Assembly (NCBI GenBank): GCA_951406725.2
Contig: OX597814.1
Coordinates: 14,198,001-14,262,000 of the forward strand
Source: Octopus vulgaris
Taxonomy: Eukaryota
Reading direction: 5' to 3'
DNA: 64,000 bases
The notes below the pieces were generated by a model. The model ran no database searches, was not told the origin of the DNA, and saw nothing but the letters and a program-made list of their open reading frames with translations. Position numbers and translations under genes: made by a program. Positions 43,999-58,310 of the stretch are shown here, one piece after another (position 1 is the stretch's first letter; every line of letters begins with the position of its first letter).

Positions 43999-44893
43999 AC
44001 AAGCTTTTTCTGTTTTCGTCTATCAAATTCACTCACAAGGCTTTGGTCGACCCGCGGCTATATTAGAAGACTCTCTTTAAATATAGCGTGTGGCTAGCTG
44101 TTGGCAACTTTTCTCTTCCACCCATCTTGTAGGGGGTATTACCTACTATTCTGGGGTCTTTTCACAGCTATACCCCGTTCAAATTTGCATAAGCTTTTGT
44201 ATGTAAAAAAGAAAGGAAGGGAGTAGGGGCTTGTTAGTAGTTTGTAGAGAAAAGTTTAAATTTGACTAAAAAAACATGGTCTACCCCCACCTACCCACCT
44301 AAAAGACATGAAGAACTATGAAAGAAGGCGAATAAGTACCGGGGGTGGGGAAAGACAGAGAGAACAATCGATCATTCTTGAACCCCCGGAATAAAAACGT
44401 GAAAGACTTTCACGCTATTCATTACTAATTATCTGTCCTCTTCTTCATTGTTAAAAGTAAAGAAGCTAGAAATGATCGATCGTATTTCAGTGTAATTTTT
44501 ATTTTTAATGACTGAGGTTTTCCTTTCTCTGTCTCCGTCTCTTCAATCCTTTTCTTCGGGGATAAGAGAGAGAAGGTTCGTGGCTCAGTGGTTAGGGGTA
44601 TTCGGCCCAGGATCGTAAAGTCACGAGTACGAGTCCCTGCGGCGCACTGTGTTTTCGAGCAAGGTATTCTACTTCATCTGGCAAAAATGTGTTGTAGCTG
44701 TGTGGGTCTGAATCTCTCTGAGAACTACCTCATGGAATGTATGTCTGTGGAGTACTCAGCCACTTGCGCTTTAATTTTACGAGCAGACTGTTCCATTGAT
44801 CAGCTAAACAGGAACCTCCTCGTCGTAACAGACGGAGCACCATTTTTTAAAGAGAATGAAAGAAAAATAAATGAAACGTAAAATAAAAATCAA

Positions 44894-45300
44894 ACGCAGG
44901 AGTAGCTGTGTGGTAAGTAGCTTGGTTACCAACCACATCATTCCGGGTTCAGTCCCACTGCGTGGCATCTTGGGCAAGTGTCTTCTACTATAGCCTCGGG
45001 CCGACCAAAGCCTAGGGAGTGGATTTGGTAAACGGAAACTGAAAGAAGCCTGTCGTATATATGTATATATATATATATGCGTGTGTGTTTGTGTGTTTGT
45101 GTTTGTCCCCCTAGCATTGTTTGACAAACGATGCTGGTGTGTTTACGTCACCGTTACTTAGCGGTTCGGCAAAAGAGACCGATAGAATAAGTACTGGGCT
45201 TACAAAAGAATAAGTCCCGGGGTCGAGTTGCTCGATTAAAGGCGGTGCTCCAGCATGGCCGCAGTCAAAGGACTGAAACAAGTAAAAGAGTAAAGAGTAA
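44894..45300 (+). mobile_element. SINE family B, full length
   Basis: Head GGAGTAGCTGTGTGGTAAG..GGTTCAGTCCC, internal TA/TG tract, tail GAAACAAGTAAAAGAGTAAAGAG. Confidence 0.9.
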
Positions 45301-45973
45301 GCGTATGTCATATGTTTAGTATAAGCAGCGAAGGCTAAGACGGAATAATTGCTATTCCATCGTGTATTCGCCCTCGACTCGCGCTCAGTTTGACAACAAC
45401 AGCCTGCACACCGGTGATTATCTGGAGGTTCGGCCTCCAGACAGTGACACCCACATATGCCGCTGGTGGGTCCGGATTAACACCGTATAAATATATACCT
45501 ATAAATATATATGTAAATTCTTTTTAGCCTGTATATAAAATAAGTGTAGCTATATATATGTATACATTCTTAGCTTATCATATTAAGCATTCATATATAC
45601 GCAATCGCATGTGTGTGTCTGCATCTCTATGTATGTGCGCGTGTGTGTGTGCGTGTTCAGTACAATTCGTAAATGATGTCGGCTTACGTGAATTATAATG
45701 TTTAGTCATTTGATCACAGGGAAAATCGTGCAACCGTATATATGTTTATTTGGAGTATATTTGTATATACATGTATTTGTATATGTTTTTTTTATTTAAA
45801 ATTCATATATGCGTGTGTATGCAAACAAGTTATATACATACATATATATGGTTATATGCATATCTATACACACATATATATACGCATATACATATATGTA
45901 TATATACACATATACATATATGAACATATTCAAATATATATATATATATATATATATACATACACACACACAC

Positions 45974-46004
<31 letters not shown>

Positions 46005-46290
46005 TATTATCATATGAATTTACATAAAACGTATATGGCTATATACAATATATATTCATATATAAATAATATTTGTATATACATATGTGTATATATTTAT
46101 ATTTATGTATGCATGTAAATATATATATATATATATATGTATATATGTTTATATATATACATGTATAAATAAATATATATGGTTTTACATATACGTATAT
46201 TTATAGATATATATATATGCATATATGTAACTATACATATATGTATGCGTACATATACGTATTATATATATATATATATGCATATATATG

Positions 46291-46323
<33 letters not shown>

Positions 46324-46984
46324 ATGTATATATATTTATTATACATATATATGTATACATATACACATGTATGTATATGTTTATATATAAGCATATATAT
46401 ATATATATATATAAATATGTATATATAATTCCAAATATGATAGTGTTATCTTAGGCATTGGCTTCAAACTGAGGGCGGAAACATGTTACAGCTCACATAG
46501 GAGATGTTGCTTTATCTTTCTCTACACCTCCCACTGTTTATATGTATGCCAATGCCAAACTCTGAGAACATTATTTTTCCAAGATGTTTGGGAAATGCAG
46601 ATATCGTTATTGCTTGTATAGCTAATTGATTTATCGCACAAATTTATTCTTCGAGTTAAATATGAATCGATCTAATAAAAAGCAAATGTTTTTAAAATTA
46701 TAATTTAATTATGATTATGTTTTCGTATGGGAATTATTGATGTTTTTCTTCGTTATTATTATTATTTTTGTATAAAATATATATAAAAATTTACATGCAA
46801 TGTTTCTCTTTAACTGTTTCATATATAAGAATATTTTTTTTCTTATCTCTATTTGAAATTTATGGAAAATTTTGTAGTCGGGAATTGATATTACCCTTTG
46901 AGTCTGCAATAAATGATATATAACGATATAATGAAGGAAATTGTTATATACAGTGCTTAGGTGCAATATCAATAAAAAAAAACG

Positions 46985-47625
46985 GATTTCAGGGAGTATG
47001 GAAGTTTTGAAGGATGTAGTGTCTCGAAAGCTAATAACTGATGCGGGTAGTCCATTCCATGCTTCAGCAATTCTGAGCGTGAAAAAATGTTCCCGAAATG
47101 CATAGTTGCTGTGTTTTTTTTTTTTTATATAAGCATGTCCGCGAGCGTTTGCCATATAAAATTCAAAAAGGTGCCGAAGGTTGTTTTTGGAAAGATGGTA
47201 GATAATCTTGTTGTCAGTTGCCAGACATCTGAGCTGCAATGTATCCATGCACAGGGAAGCAAGTCGTTCAGAGTAGGGTAGATGCCTTACGGCGGTATCC
47301 GTTTTGTTGCACGTTTCTGAACAGTTTCCAGATTTATATGCAGATCAAGATATGGGTTCCAGACTGGTAACAGAAATTCCAATTGTGGACGTACCATTGT
47401 CATATACAATTTTAAATAGCTAGCTGGGGAGCGGCTGGCAAAAGTCTTACTGAGTGATGCTAGCACCCACTCAGCCTTCTTGACTGAGATGTGGTTTGTC
47501 CAACGCAGATCGTTGATTACAATAATGCTCAGATCACGTGCGCTAGAAGACTTATTGAGATTGGTGTTGCTCAGGAAGTAGGTAAATGCATGGTGACGCA
47601 TTTGTCTACTGCTAGTTGTTTCAGT
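46985..47625 (-). mobile_element. CR1-group LINE 3' RT fragment
   Basis: RDLSIIVINDLRWTNHI, VRPQLEF..PVWNPY, LETVQKRATKRI, REHFFTLRIAEAWNGLP. Confidence 0.85.
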
Positions 47626-47627
47626 TA

Positions 47628-49187
47628 TGCTAGCAGCCATAATATAAGGGTCAGTAACAAGTGTATTGAAATAGTTATTATATAATAGTAACAACACATT
47701 CAGACTAGATATTTTACACATATTTAGATGTCTCTGATATCTATCATTCATGAAAGTTTCTAGCGGATGGAATTAATATTTCGTAAGTTATGAGGAAATA
47801 AACAAAGAATGTTCCAAATTGTAGCGGCCAAAGGTTAAGGGTCATTTAGAAAAAATGAACTAGTAACAGTTAACAGCTACTTCTTATGATCTTACATTAT
47901 TGGAATATTCAACTGCCAACATGGTGGCTCTTGAAAGACGACCGGCGTTCTGTGAGGTAAAATAAAGCATTTTTGCCTTCACCATGAGGGCAAGTCGAAT
48001 TCTGCATTAGCAACTGTTGTAGGAAGGTCTAGATGTGCTGTGCAAAGAATTGTAGCTTATTTTAAGTCATCAGGATCGATAGATTCTAAACGCCAAACTG
48101 ATTGACCTCGAAAACCTTACCAAAACAGGATCGTATTATGATTAGAATGTCACTGAAGGATAGGTTTGAGAGTGCTGCCGAAATATCCCGTGCATTTAGC
48201 TCCACTTCCAGTGCCAACGTATCGCGCAAAACAGTTTCTCGGAGGTTACGAAGGTCTGAGTTGCTTTCTCGAGCATGGGCAAAGAAGTCTCTGATCTCCA
48301 AGAAGAATCAAAGAGTCCGTCTTCGTTTCGCTCACGAACGTGTCGTTTGGACAAATGAACCGTGGTCGCAAGCGCATTGTAGCCATGAATCGAAGTTTAA
48401 TGTAACTGGTTCGGATAGCGGGGTGTATGTCCGACGAGGAGTGGCGAAAGGCTATCTCGTGCATGTACAAAGTAGAAAGTGTAAAATGGAGGAGGCAGTG
48501 TAATGATGTGGGTAGTGATCTCTGCTGCTGGTCTTGATCCATTCATTCGCTTACAAGGGACTGTCAATGCTGAAATCTACAAACAGATTCTTAGACAGCA
48601 TCCCTACCACATCTCCGTTCCTCGTCAGTTCACTCTTCTATCTCCGTGAAGGAGAACGCTGTCTGTCACATGCGAAGAGAGCCTAAGTGTTTTTGAGTGA
48701 TGAGGGGGAAGATCTCAGGGACTGGCTACCTAAAGTCCCGATCTCAACCCTATGGAAAACGTGCGAAGGAATATTGCAGATGGGGCGTGAAGGATGAATC
48801 CAAAACTCAGATGAACTTTGGGAATTATTGAAAAACGAATGGAACAATATTACTCCATCAATTTGCAAGAAGTTAATTCAGTCATGTGATAACAGATGTC
48901 AGGATGCCATTGATAGCAAAGGGATGTTCACAAAATATTCATAGTAAGGCGGGGTTTGTTCTTGTTCCTTTTTCATTGTATTTTCTAAGTGGCCCTTTTA
49001 ACTTTAAACCGTTGCAGTTAGGAAGAATATTTGTTTGGTTCCTCATAACTTGAAGGTTTCACGGAAGATAGATAGTAGTTATATTTAAATATGTGTAAAA
49101 TATCTAGTCTCAAAATGTTGTTAATATTCTATAATAAATATTTCAATACACTTGTTCTTACTGAACCTTTTATTAAGGCCGCTACTG
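47628..49187 (+). mobile_element. Tc1-family DNA transposon with ~230 bp TIRs (IR/DR type); transposase pseudogene at about 47960-48943
   Basis: TIRs about 47628-47860 and 48972-49187 (right end CAGTAGCGGCC next to TA; inner repeat GTAGCGGCC at 47821); motifs VSRKTVSRRLR, KKSLISKKN..RLRFA, WT..W....SHESKFN, GGSVMMW, WLPKVPDLNPMEN across frameshifts. Confidence 0.92.
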
Positions 49188-50079
49188 TATATATACATAT
49201 ATATATATGAAAATATATATGTGTGTGCATGCGCGTGTGCGTGTATGTTTACGCAATTTGTTCCATCTAGCACTCCCTTGTAATTTCACGCCATCAGAAA
49301 TGCAGTGAACCAATAATTAGCTAGTCCAAAACATTAAACAAGGACATAATTGTTACCAAACAAGAGTGGTTACGTTCCCCTGTTCACTTAGTAGAATCTA
49401 CCACCAAGTTTCTAGCAAATTGCAATCCATAATCGGAAGGCCGCATTGAATAACGTTGTCCTAGATACACAGTGTTTGAATCAAAGATCGACTGTCTGAC
49501 AACTGAGTCATCTTTAATCATAAACCAGTAAGTTCCCTACTGACATGGAGTTAGAGAACAATAAGAGGATTGTTTAGAAGCGTAACGAAATGCTGGAAAC
49601 TGTTTACAGCATCTGGTTTCTTAACTTCAACCCCCCTCCATTCTTATGAATAGATATTTTAATATTACTAATAGTCTCATACCAGTACACTTTTACCTTT
49701 ACTATGTCAACTTAAATGTAATAGTAATGAAAGCATCTATTTTGTGGCAGTATGAATTAATATAAATACATCTTTGATTTCAGAACGTAGGAAAAATTAT
49801 TGCATATAGGATATACTTAAATACATGTTGAAACAGGATGCTTACATACATACCCAGAAAGGCACACAGAAATATACATACAAACAAACTAGACAAATAT
49901 GAGATTTGCGTGTGTGTGCGCCTGTGTGTGTGTGCGCCTGTGTGTGTGTGCGCCTGTGTGTGTGCGCGCATTTGTGTGTATGTGCACTCGCGTGTGACGC
50001 GCAGTTGAGCATCCATTTAGTGTACATGTATGTGTGTATATAGGATATATATGCGTATGCATATATGTACGTATATAGC

Positions 50080-50160
50080 AAAATAAGCAACAGGATCTCA
50101 AGAGGTGATGCAGTACGACCGTCATACTGCATCACCTCTTGATATCCTGTTGCATATTTT
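50080..50160. repeat. 36 bp-arm hairpin palindrome
   Basis: AAAATAAGCAACAGGATCTCAAGAGGTGATGCAGTA / TACTGCATCACCTCTTGATATCCTGTTGCATATTTT, 9 nt loop, 2 mismatches. Confidence 0.85.
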
Positions 50161-50333
50161 GATTTTATTCACTTTTCTTTGAGTTGTACAGATAATACCG
50201 CACTGATCTTGTGCTTCAACCTAAGTACCTAATTCAACTAAATCTCAATTATATATATATATATATATATATATTTGTAAAAAATGAAGTTCGAAAATGC
50301 TGCTGTATTATACAATTTTTAATTTTTATATAT

Positions 50334-50379
50334 ACTTATAACATGTTTCAGTTCCTGAAATGAACTTTATCAAAAAAGT
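50334..50379 (-). ncRNA. Minimal type I hammerhead, U3-A8 variant, in a TA-flanked PLE-like terminus (about 50275-50810)
   Basis: ACUUUU-UUGAUAA-AGUUC-AUUUCAG-GAACU-GAAA-CAUG-UU-AUAAGU; palindromic ACAUGU, GUU triplet. Confidence 0.7.
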
Positions 50380-50836
50380 TATATATAAAAAAAGACAGCT
50401 CATGCCGTCAAACACAAGAAATTCATTTATAATACACAAGGAGTCAGACATCTTAGAGTTCATGTATAGTTGATATATAGTTCATGTATAGTTGATATTA
50501 GTTTGAGTATATGTTCAAAGTGTTCGATGCAGTGGCCCACGGTGGCGATACGTATTCAATACAAAAACAGATCAAAGTGGTGAAAGCGGTCAATACAGAA
50601 GATTGAAGTTTCCGAAAGAGCGAGGAATATTTTTACCTTAAGCAAATGTGATGACCCATGGAGGATGTTCGCTGGGTGGTTCTAATGAGTTTTGTGATAT
50701 AATGCCTGTTAGGTGGTCAATCCAGCTATATCAACGTACCAATCGTTTCGTTAGGTAGTCAAGTAGAACGGGACGTCATCATTATTTTGACCAATCGCTG
50801 CATTATATCGCATATATATATATATATATGTATGTA

Positions 50837-50908
<72 letters not shown>

Positions 50909-51445
50909 TATGCACACGCACACACATATATATATATATATACATTATATACATAATTATATATATATATATATGATATTTGTATGTGAATGTATGGTTA
51001 TGTATTTTTATGTCTGTCCCTCTACCATCTCCTCGACAACCAATGCTGGTATGTCTACATCCCCGTAACTTAGCTGTTCGGCAAAAAAGACGGATAGAAT
51101 AAGTACTGGACTTAGAAAAAATAAGTCCTGGGGTCGATTTTCGACTACAGGCGGTGCTCCAACAAGGGCACAGTCAACTGACTGAAACAAATAAAAGAGA
51201 GGGAGAGGAAGAGAGAGATGCGAGAATTAGTGATAGATAGCTAGATAGATGGTAGGAAATGCATGCATTTATTATATTTTAATGGATAATATACATTTTC
51301 GTAACATAATAATCATGGAATTAATAATTATGACGCATCTGTATTTAGACTTCAAATGAATTTCTTATTCTCTTTATTGCTTACATATTCAAAACCAGTA
51401 ATCTACACGGCGTTATTTAATTAACTATGCCCTTCAATCAATTTA

Positions 51446-51869
51446 GGGACCTTTTCGGTTTGAACGGCAGTTTTTTCTAGCAGTGTCATATGAAATTGTC
51501 ACCCATAATTATGACCCTAGAATCGATCTATTGCATTTCAATCTCTTTTAGGGTTAGGGTTAGGGTTAAGGATGGGGGAAGGGTATCTTTTTTTCTTCAC
51601 AAATGTAAATAAACCCAATCTGTTTCTTAAACGAGGGACATATTCATACGGCACAGAATGCTTTTTAACACAATAGACGTCAGTGATTGGTTGAAATCGC
51701 AGAAATAGAAGCAAAAAAACAACAAATATCTTACAAAATATAGAATTTTCTCCATAAAGCCAAGAGAAAAAGATGTTTTATAAACACATTCTACCAGTAT
51801 ACGAAGTTTAAAATTTTTTAGTTACCTAGAAATTATGTTAAAAACTGCCGTTCAAACCGAAAAGATCCC
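51446..51869. mobile_element. MITE with 29 bp TIRs, 6 bp TSD (AATTTA) and internal (TTAGGG)3
   Basis: GGGACCTTTTCGGTTTGAACGGCAGTTTT ... AAAACTGCCGTTCAAACCGAAAAGATCCC (28/29); AATTTA at 51440-51445 and 51870-51875. Confidence 0.92.
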
Positions 51870-52612
51870 AATTTAGCTCTAATGTTGCTTGCATGACAAC
51901 TCGTTCGAAGAAAATATTAAAATAAATATTGATAATATTAAACCCATCATTTCAGAAGACGTCTGTCGTGTAAGAAACAGTAGTCTAAGCTCCTTCAAAC
52001 GAGAAACCTATGTCTTGAAAAGGAAAAGTATTCGCCACGTATTAGAGTCACTGATGCTGCGAAAGCGAAAATATGGTAGATGATGGAAAACATTTCAATA
52101 GCGGTATTTTGAAGTGAAATTGACCTGGGATTAAACAACCGTTAGAAATCAATATCAACAGTAATGCGTAACTCATTCTGAAAACTTATCCTGTTAACCA
52201 CCAGGGGTTTTATTCACTGTTAACGCTAATTGACGTTACAAATGTCACTCAGAAAGGCATATTCATTTCTATGCAAAAGTAATGCTGTGAATATATGTTA
52301 TCCAAAGATCAATGATTCTAACTGTTGTATCGTCAGATTTTAAGATGAATTATCATCTTATGTAGTCTAAATTAGAATGTTATATATATATGTATATATA
52401 TAGATCTGTGCATGTGTGTGTGTGTGTGTGTGCGTGTGTGTGTATGTGTTTCTGTGCGCGCATGCTCGCCCGCCCTCGCGCCGGTGGGTGCATGTATATA
52501 TATCGATAAATAGACTTACTCACATTTTGATGTCTGTGTACGTGTGAACGTATACATGCACACACACACACAGAGACACGCATCCACGAACGCACGCACA
52601 CTCACAAATATA

Positions 52613-52663
<51 letters not shown>

Positions 52664-53108
52664 ATATATACTGCTTGAGTGACCTGCGGTATGTTACCAT
52701 ACTGTAACTCTTTGATAGTATCTAAATTTAGATAAAAGGTTTTGCGTGGATTTTTTCATATTTCACATTCCATTCACACACCTCACCATATACTTTCGTT
52801 TATCTTTATTTATGAATGGAAACATAACCATAAGGCAAGTATTGCAACTTTTCCAACCATTCTTACTTATATACTGTAACTTATTCCACAAAAATGATTA
52901 AGTTTATCACTATGCAGTTTGGTTCCGTCTTATCTCGGTTTTGTGTTGTTTTGATTTTTTACCATACATGCTTGCTGTTTGTATTAATTAATTAATTTAT
53001 TTATTTTAGTTTATATCAGACATGTTTTACTAGGGCGCATGTTATCCAGTACTATCAACTTTGCTTTAGGAGGTAGAGTAATTATGAGAGCGAATCAGCT
53101 GCGCTTAC

Positions 53109-53321
53109 TTCCAAGCCAAGGACCTACGTTGCGCTTCCCCCGATACCTCTATCTTAATTTTGTAAAACATATCACCACACACTGCGAATGAACTTGTTAT
53201 CTTTACTTGTCCAAGAACTGTATCAAATGCAAGTATTTTGGTTCTCCATGAGATATAATATACTGAGCCAGTGTCAACATGGCAGTCTTTGAGTCTATGA
53301 ATTAAGTAAAACAAGAAAATT
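53109..53321 (-). CDS. Candidate internal host exon (213 bp), product unknown
   Basis: Acceptor CTCATTTCAG, donor GTAAGC, length divisible by 3, one open frame (IFLFYLIHRLKDCHVDTG...RRSLAW), in non-repetitive DNA; no recognised homology. Confidence 0.3.
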
Positions 53322-55011
53322 CTGAAATGAGATTACTTTGATGAGAAACTCAGAAAGCGATGCTTAAAACGTTGAATGAAATTTTCCTTTAATATATAAT
53401 TTTTTACTTTTCTTTGTTTCATTCTTTCTCTGTAAATTCTGTTGTGCTTTGCATGAGGTGAAATCTGAATATTCTGTTGAGTATGAGGACCTTAGAGATG
53501 AGTGTTTCCTCAGTTACAAAAACGTAAATAGTATTCATCTCTCTCTCGCAGTATAGTAAACGTCTTGTGTTAACGGGTTTCACAACCAATTAGGTCTTCT
53601 TGTGCTTTCTTGTGTAAGAAATTAGTTTCTTAAGTTTGTGATTTCTGATTTAAAAAGTCAAAAGTAATTTAGCATTATCTTGTTTGAAAATACAATCCAC
53701 AGAGTGGTGAAGTAATTTAAACTATAATTAAACTATAGTATTTAAACTATAATCTTCGTTAAATAACAGAATAAATTGCTAGGGAAAAAGTTTAATTAAT
53801 TAAATAATTGTTTCGAAACAAAGATTGCAGTTGCAATTACGGGACCAAAAGCAATGACCACCTAAACTAACATATAAAATCAATTGATTCACATTAAACG
53901 ACAATATAATTTTATGAACACGCAAACCATTTTATTTCTTCATAGGGTGACATAATCAATTTAGTTGATTCCAGTTTTAGACTGAATCGTATTTTATCGA
54001 ACCCCGGAACGATGAACATAAATGTCGATCTCAGATACAACATAGCATTACTCCCAACAGTAATAGTCGATAGATATATAAAAAATTACACTGATAATGA
54101 CTATATTGGCTGAAGGGAGATGGGGTAAAAAGTGGGGAAAAAGAACAGAATGTAGTGTTTTATAAGTCTAAACACGGTAGTTAAATAAAAAAAAAAGTGT
54201 TTAAAAGAAATTACTCAATGTTTATATACATGTATTCTGGTTTTTAAGATTTATTGTAGGAAAAGCAGCTACCAAAGACGACAACATTCATGAAGATGTT
54301 TTTCTTCCTATTGGGGGTGGTGTTGGTTTTATTGGTAGCACTTGTGGTTTTAGTTCTTAACGGTGGTGGGGAGAGCCAGCGGCGGTGGTGCTATCTTACT
54401 CAGGCCAGTCTTAACTCTTCAGACCAAATGTAGCTAAGTGTTACACAAGCCAAGTCTACCTCATTAATATCTTTTATTCCTTTTTTATTTTATTTACGTA
54501 TTTTTTTTCGCGCTGTATGTCCAACTACATTACTGCATCCTCATTTTATTTCAGACAGAAGTTCATAGTTTCCGGGGAAATTTGTCTCTACTACTTTCAG
54601 TGGTTCGTTCGTACACATTGACACACTCTCATTGATTTGTACGTGTAACGTTATCTGCTTTGGTGGGAGGAAACTAGCGCAATTTAATGTTGATATGCAT
54701 CTATTTTCAAAGAACATTCATTATCAGTGTAAAAGAAATGAACTTGAATCAACGGACAAATGGAACTGGTTCGTAGTTTCGACATGCCATAAATATAATC
54801 CTGACTTCTTTATTGAGCCTGTTCCTAACGTGTGGGAAACAGGGAAAAACAATAAAGTTTACAAGATAGATTTTTGCAGTAGTTGCCCGTAATAAACTAT
54901 AACAAAAAAAAAGTTCTAATAATGAGATCGGAAAATATATTGAAGCAATTTAAAACAGAGAAGCAATTACAACCACTCGATCCTATATTATAATATAAAT
55001 TGTCTGAATGT

Positions 55012-55070
<59 letters not shown>

Positions 55071-55201
55071 TGTGTGTGTGTGTGTCTGTGTCTGTATCTG
55101 TGTGTGTGAATATGAACACTCCTTTTGATTTTCTCTACCTTTCTCTTTTTGTATGTACATATGTATAGACAGATAGACAGTCTGACAACAGACAGACAGA
55201 C

Positions 55202-55250
<49 letters not shown>

Positions 55251-55255
55251 CATAA

Positions 55256-55441
<186 letters not shown>

Positions 55442-56002
55442 GTAGATAGAGAAATAGACTAACAGTTGCGAGTGTGTGAATGTGTTCTGTACTTGTATGG
55501 ATGTCTGCATATGTTTGTAGGTGTGAATATATGCGCGTCTGTTTTTATCGTATCTGTGTGTTTCTTTGTGTGAGTGTGTTTGTGTGTGTGTGTGTATATA
55601 TGTGTGTGTGTGTGTGTGTGCGTGTGTGTGTATGTGCATGCATTTTATGGCCGTGAAGTAGCAGATTCGTTAGAGTCGGTAGTAATGTCCTCCAGTATTT
55701 GTTCTGGTTCTCTGCACTTTGAATTCTAATTACGCCGAGGTCAATTTTCCCGTTCATAATTTAGAACTCGATAAAGAACCTGCCATATTGGTGGATTAAC
55801 GGGATACGTATGGCATCAGACAGAATTACTTGAGGTAACTGCTGCGATGCTGTCCGTCCTGTGTACCATCCCTTGTGGTGATGATACCGGGGAGGAGAAA
55901 TTGCATCCATTAGACAAATGAGAGGTTCCTATACATTAAGAAAAAGAAAATAGTCAAAGACTGGCATTTGGTAGTTGATTCCATTCTATCGATATCTATG
56001 GC

Positions 56003-56668
<666 letters not shown>

Positions 56669-56750
56669 AATATATATATACACATGTATATACATAGACA
56701 TGAGGGTTGTTGAAAAGTTCTTGGCTTTGGGCAAAGGCAAATACTGGAAA

Positions 56751-57188
56751 GAGGAAGAAGAAGAAGAAGAAGAAGAAGAAGAAGAAGAAGAAGAAGAAGA
56801 AGAAGAACAAGAACAAGAACAAGAAGAAGAACAAGAACAAGAACAAGAAGAAGAACAAGAACAAGAACAAGAAGAACAAGAAGAAGAAGAAGAAGAAGAA
56901 GAAGAAGAAGAAGAAGAAGAAGAACAAGAAGAAGAAGAAGAACAAGAACAAGAAGAACAAGAAGAACAAGAAGAACAAGAAGGAGAGCAAGAAGAAGAAG
57001 AAGAAGAACAAGAAGAACAAGAAGAAGAACAAGAAGAACAAGAAGAACAAGAAGAAGAACAAGAACAAGAACAAGAACAAGAACAAGAACAAGAACAAGA
57101 AAAACAAGAAGAAGAAGAAGAAGAAGAACAAGAAGAACAAGAAGAACAAGAAGAACAAGACGACGACGACGACGACGACGATGATGAT
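56751..57188. repeat. Compound (GAA)n/(GAACAA)n/(GAC)n repeat
   Basis: Read directly from the sequence; the source of the poly-E/K/F/L pseudo-ORFs. Confidence 0.95.
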
Positions 57189-57414
57189 TTACAGACTCAC
57201 TGCGGCAACGGACTTTCCCCTTCAGAAATACTGATGTCACGGTCAATTTAATGATCCTTTCTGCTCTAGGCACAAGATCTATCGATTGCATCGACCTCAC
57301 CTCCTGACCTGTTCATTTTTACTAACCCCAAAATGCACACACATGCATCAAGAAGTGCTATCAATATAGAAAGCAATGTTATTTCTATAGCTAAAAATTA
57401 TGGTTATATTATGC

Positions 57415-57500
<86 letters not shown>

Positions 57501-57735
57501 TCTGTCTGTTTTGCTAGAAAGAGGTAGAAACTGATCAGTCCGTGATATATCGTTAATGGTAAATGTTTTTGATTTTCACTCTCGATGAATTTATCCCTTT
57601 TTTGTGTCCCTAGCACTTGGCATCCTTATTTAGGAGCCCTTAATTATATTTCTATATGAATAATATTTTGTCTAATGACTAATTCGTCTTTTGTGCTGGG
57701 CCACTGGTAGTAATCTACGTTATTACCCTCTTTTG

Positions 57736-57764
<29 letters not shown>

Positions 57765-57774
<10 letters not shown>

Positions 57775-58265
57775 TTAGAGACAAAACCACTATTATGCAA
57801 ATCAAACAAAGAAAGACTTAATCCAATACATAAAAAAATTTTAATTAAATATAATTAAGATATCCACTACGATCGTTTCTTGTCACTTCAATGGACATTC
57901 AAAATTGNNNNNNNNNNNNNNNNNNNNNNNNNNNNNNNNNNNNNNNNNNNNNNNNNNNNNNNNNNNNNNNNNNNNNNNNNNNNNNNNNNNNNNNNNNNNN
58001 NNNNNNNTGGACATTCAAAATTGCATAGAAGGTATTGAAACCACCTGATAGAATGTCCATTGAAGTGACAAGAAACGATCGTAGTGGATATCTTAATTAT
58101 ATTTAATTTAAAATTTTTTTATGTATTGGATTAAGTCTTTCTTTGTTTGATTTGCATAATAGTGGTTTTGTCTCTAATTAATATTATATTATATTTTACT
58201 ATAAAATTGGATTCAATCCTAAATCTGATTTTTCCCTGCAAATTTGGATTTCTTCCCTAATATTT

Positions 58266-58270
<5 letters not shown>
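57765..58270 (+). mobile_element. Fold-back PLE terminus with hammerhead-like motif at 58041-58087; assembly gap at the centre
   Basis: About 57765-57900 is an inverted copy of about 58051-58187; CCAC-CUGAUAGA-A-UGUC..GACA-A-GAAA-CGAUCG-UA-GUGG; TA flanks. Confidence 0.75.
57908..58007. other. Assembly gap (100 N)
   Basis: N run; TGGACATTCAAAATTG is present on both sides. Confidence 0.99.

Positions 58271-58309
<39 letters not shown>

Positions 58310-58310
<1 letters not shown>

Noticed and set aside
51548-51571. Telomere or chromosome-fusion relic
   Set aside because: Only three units, lying inside a MITE with intact TIRs and TSD.
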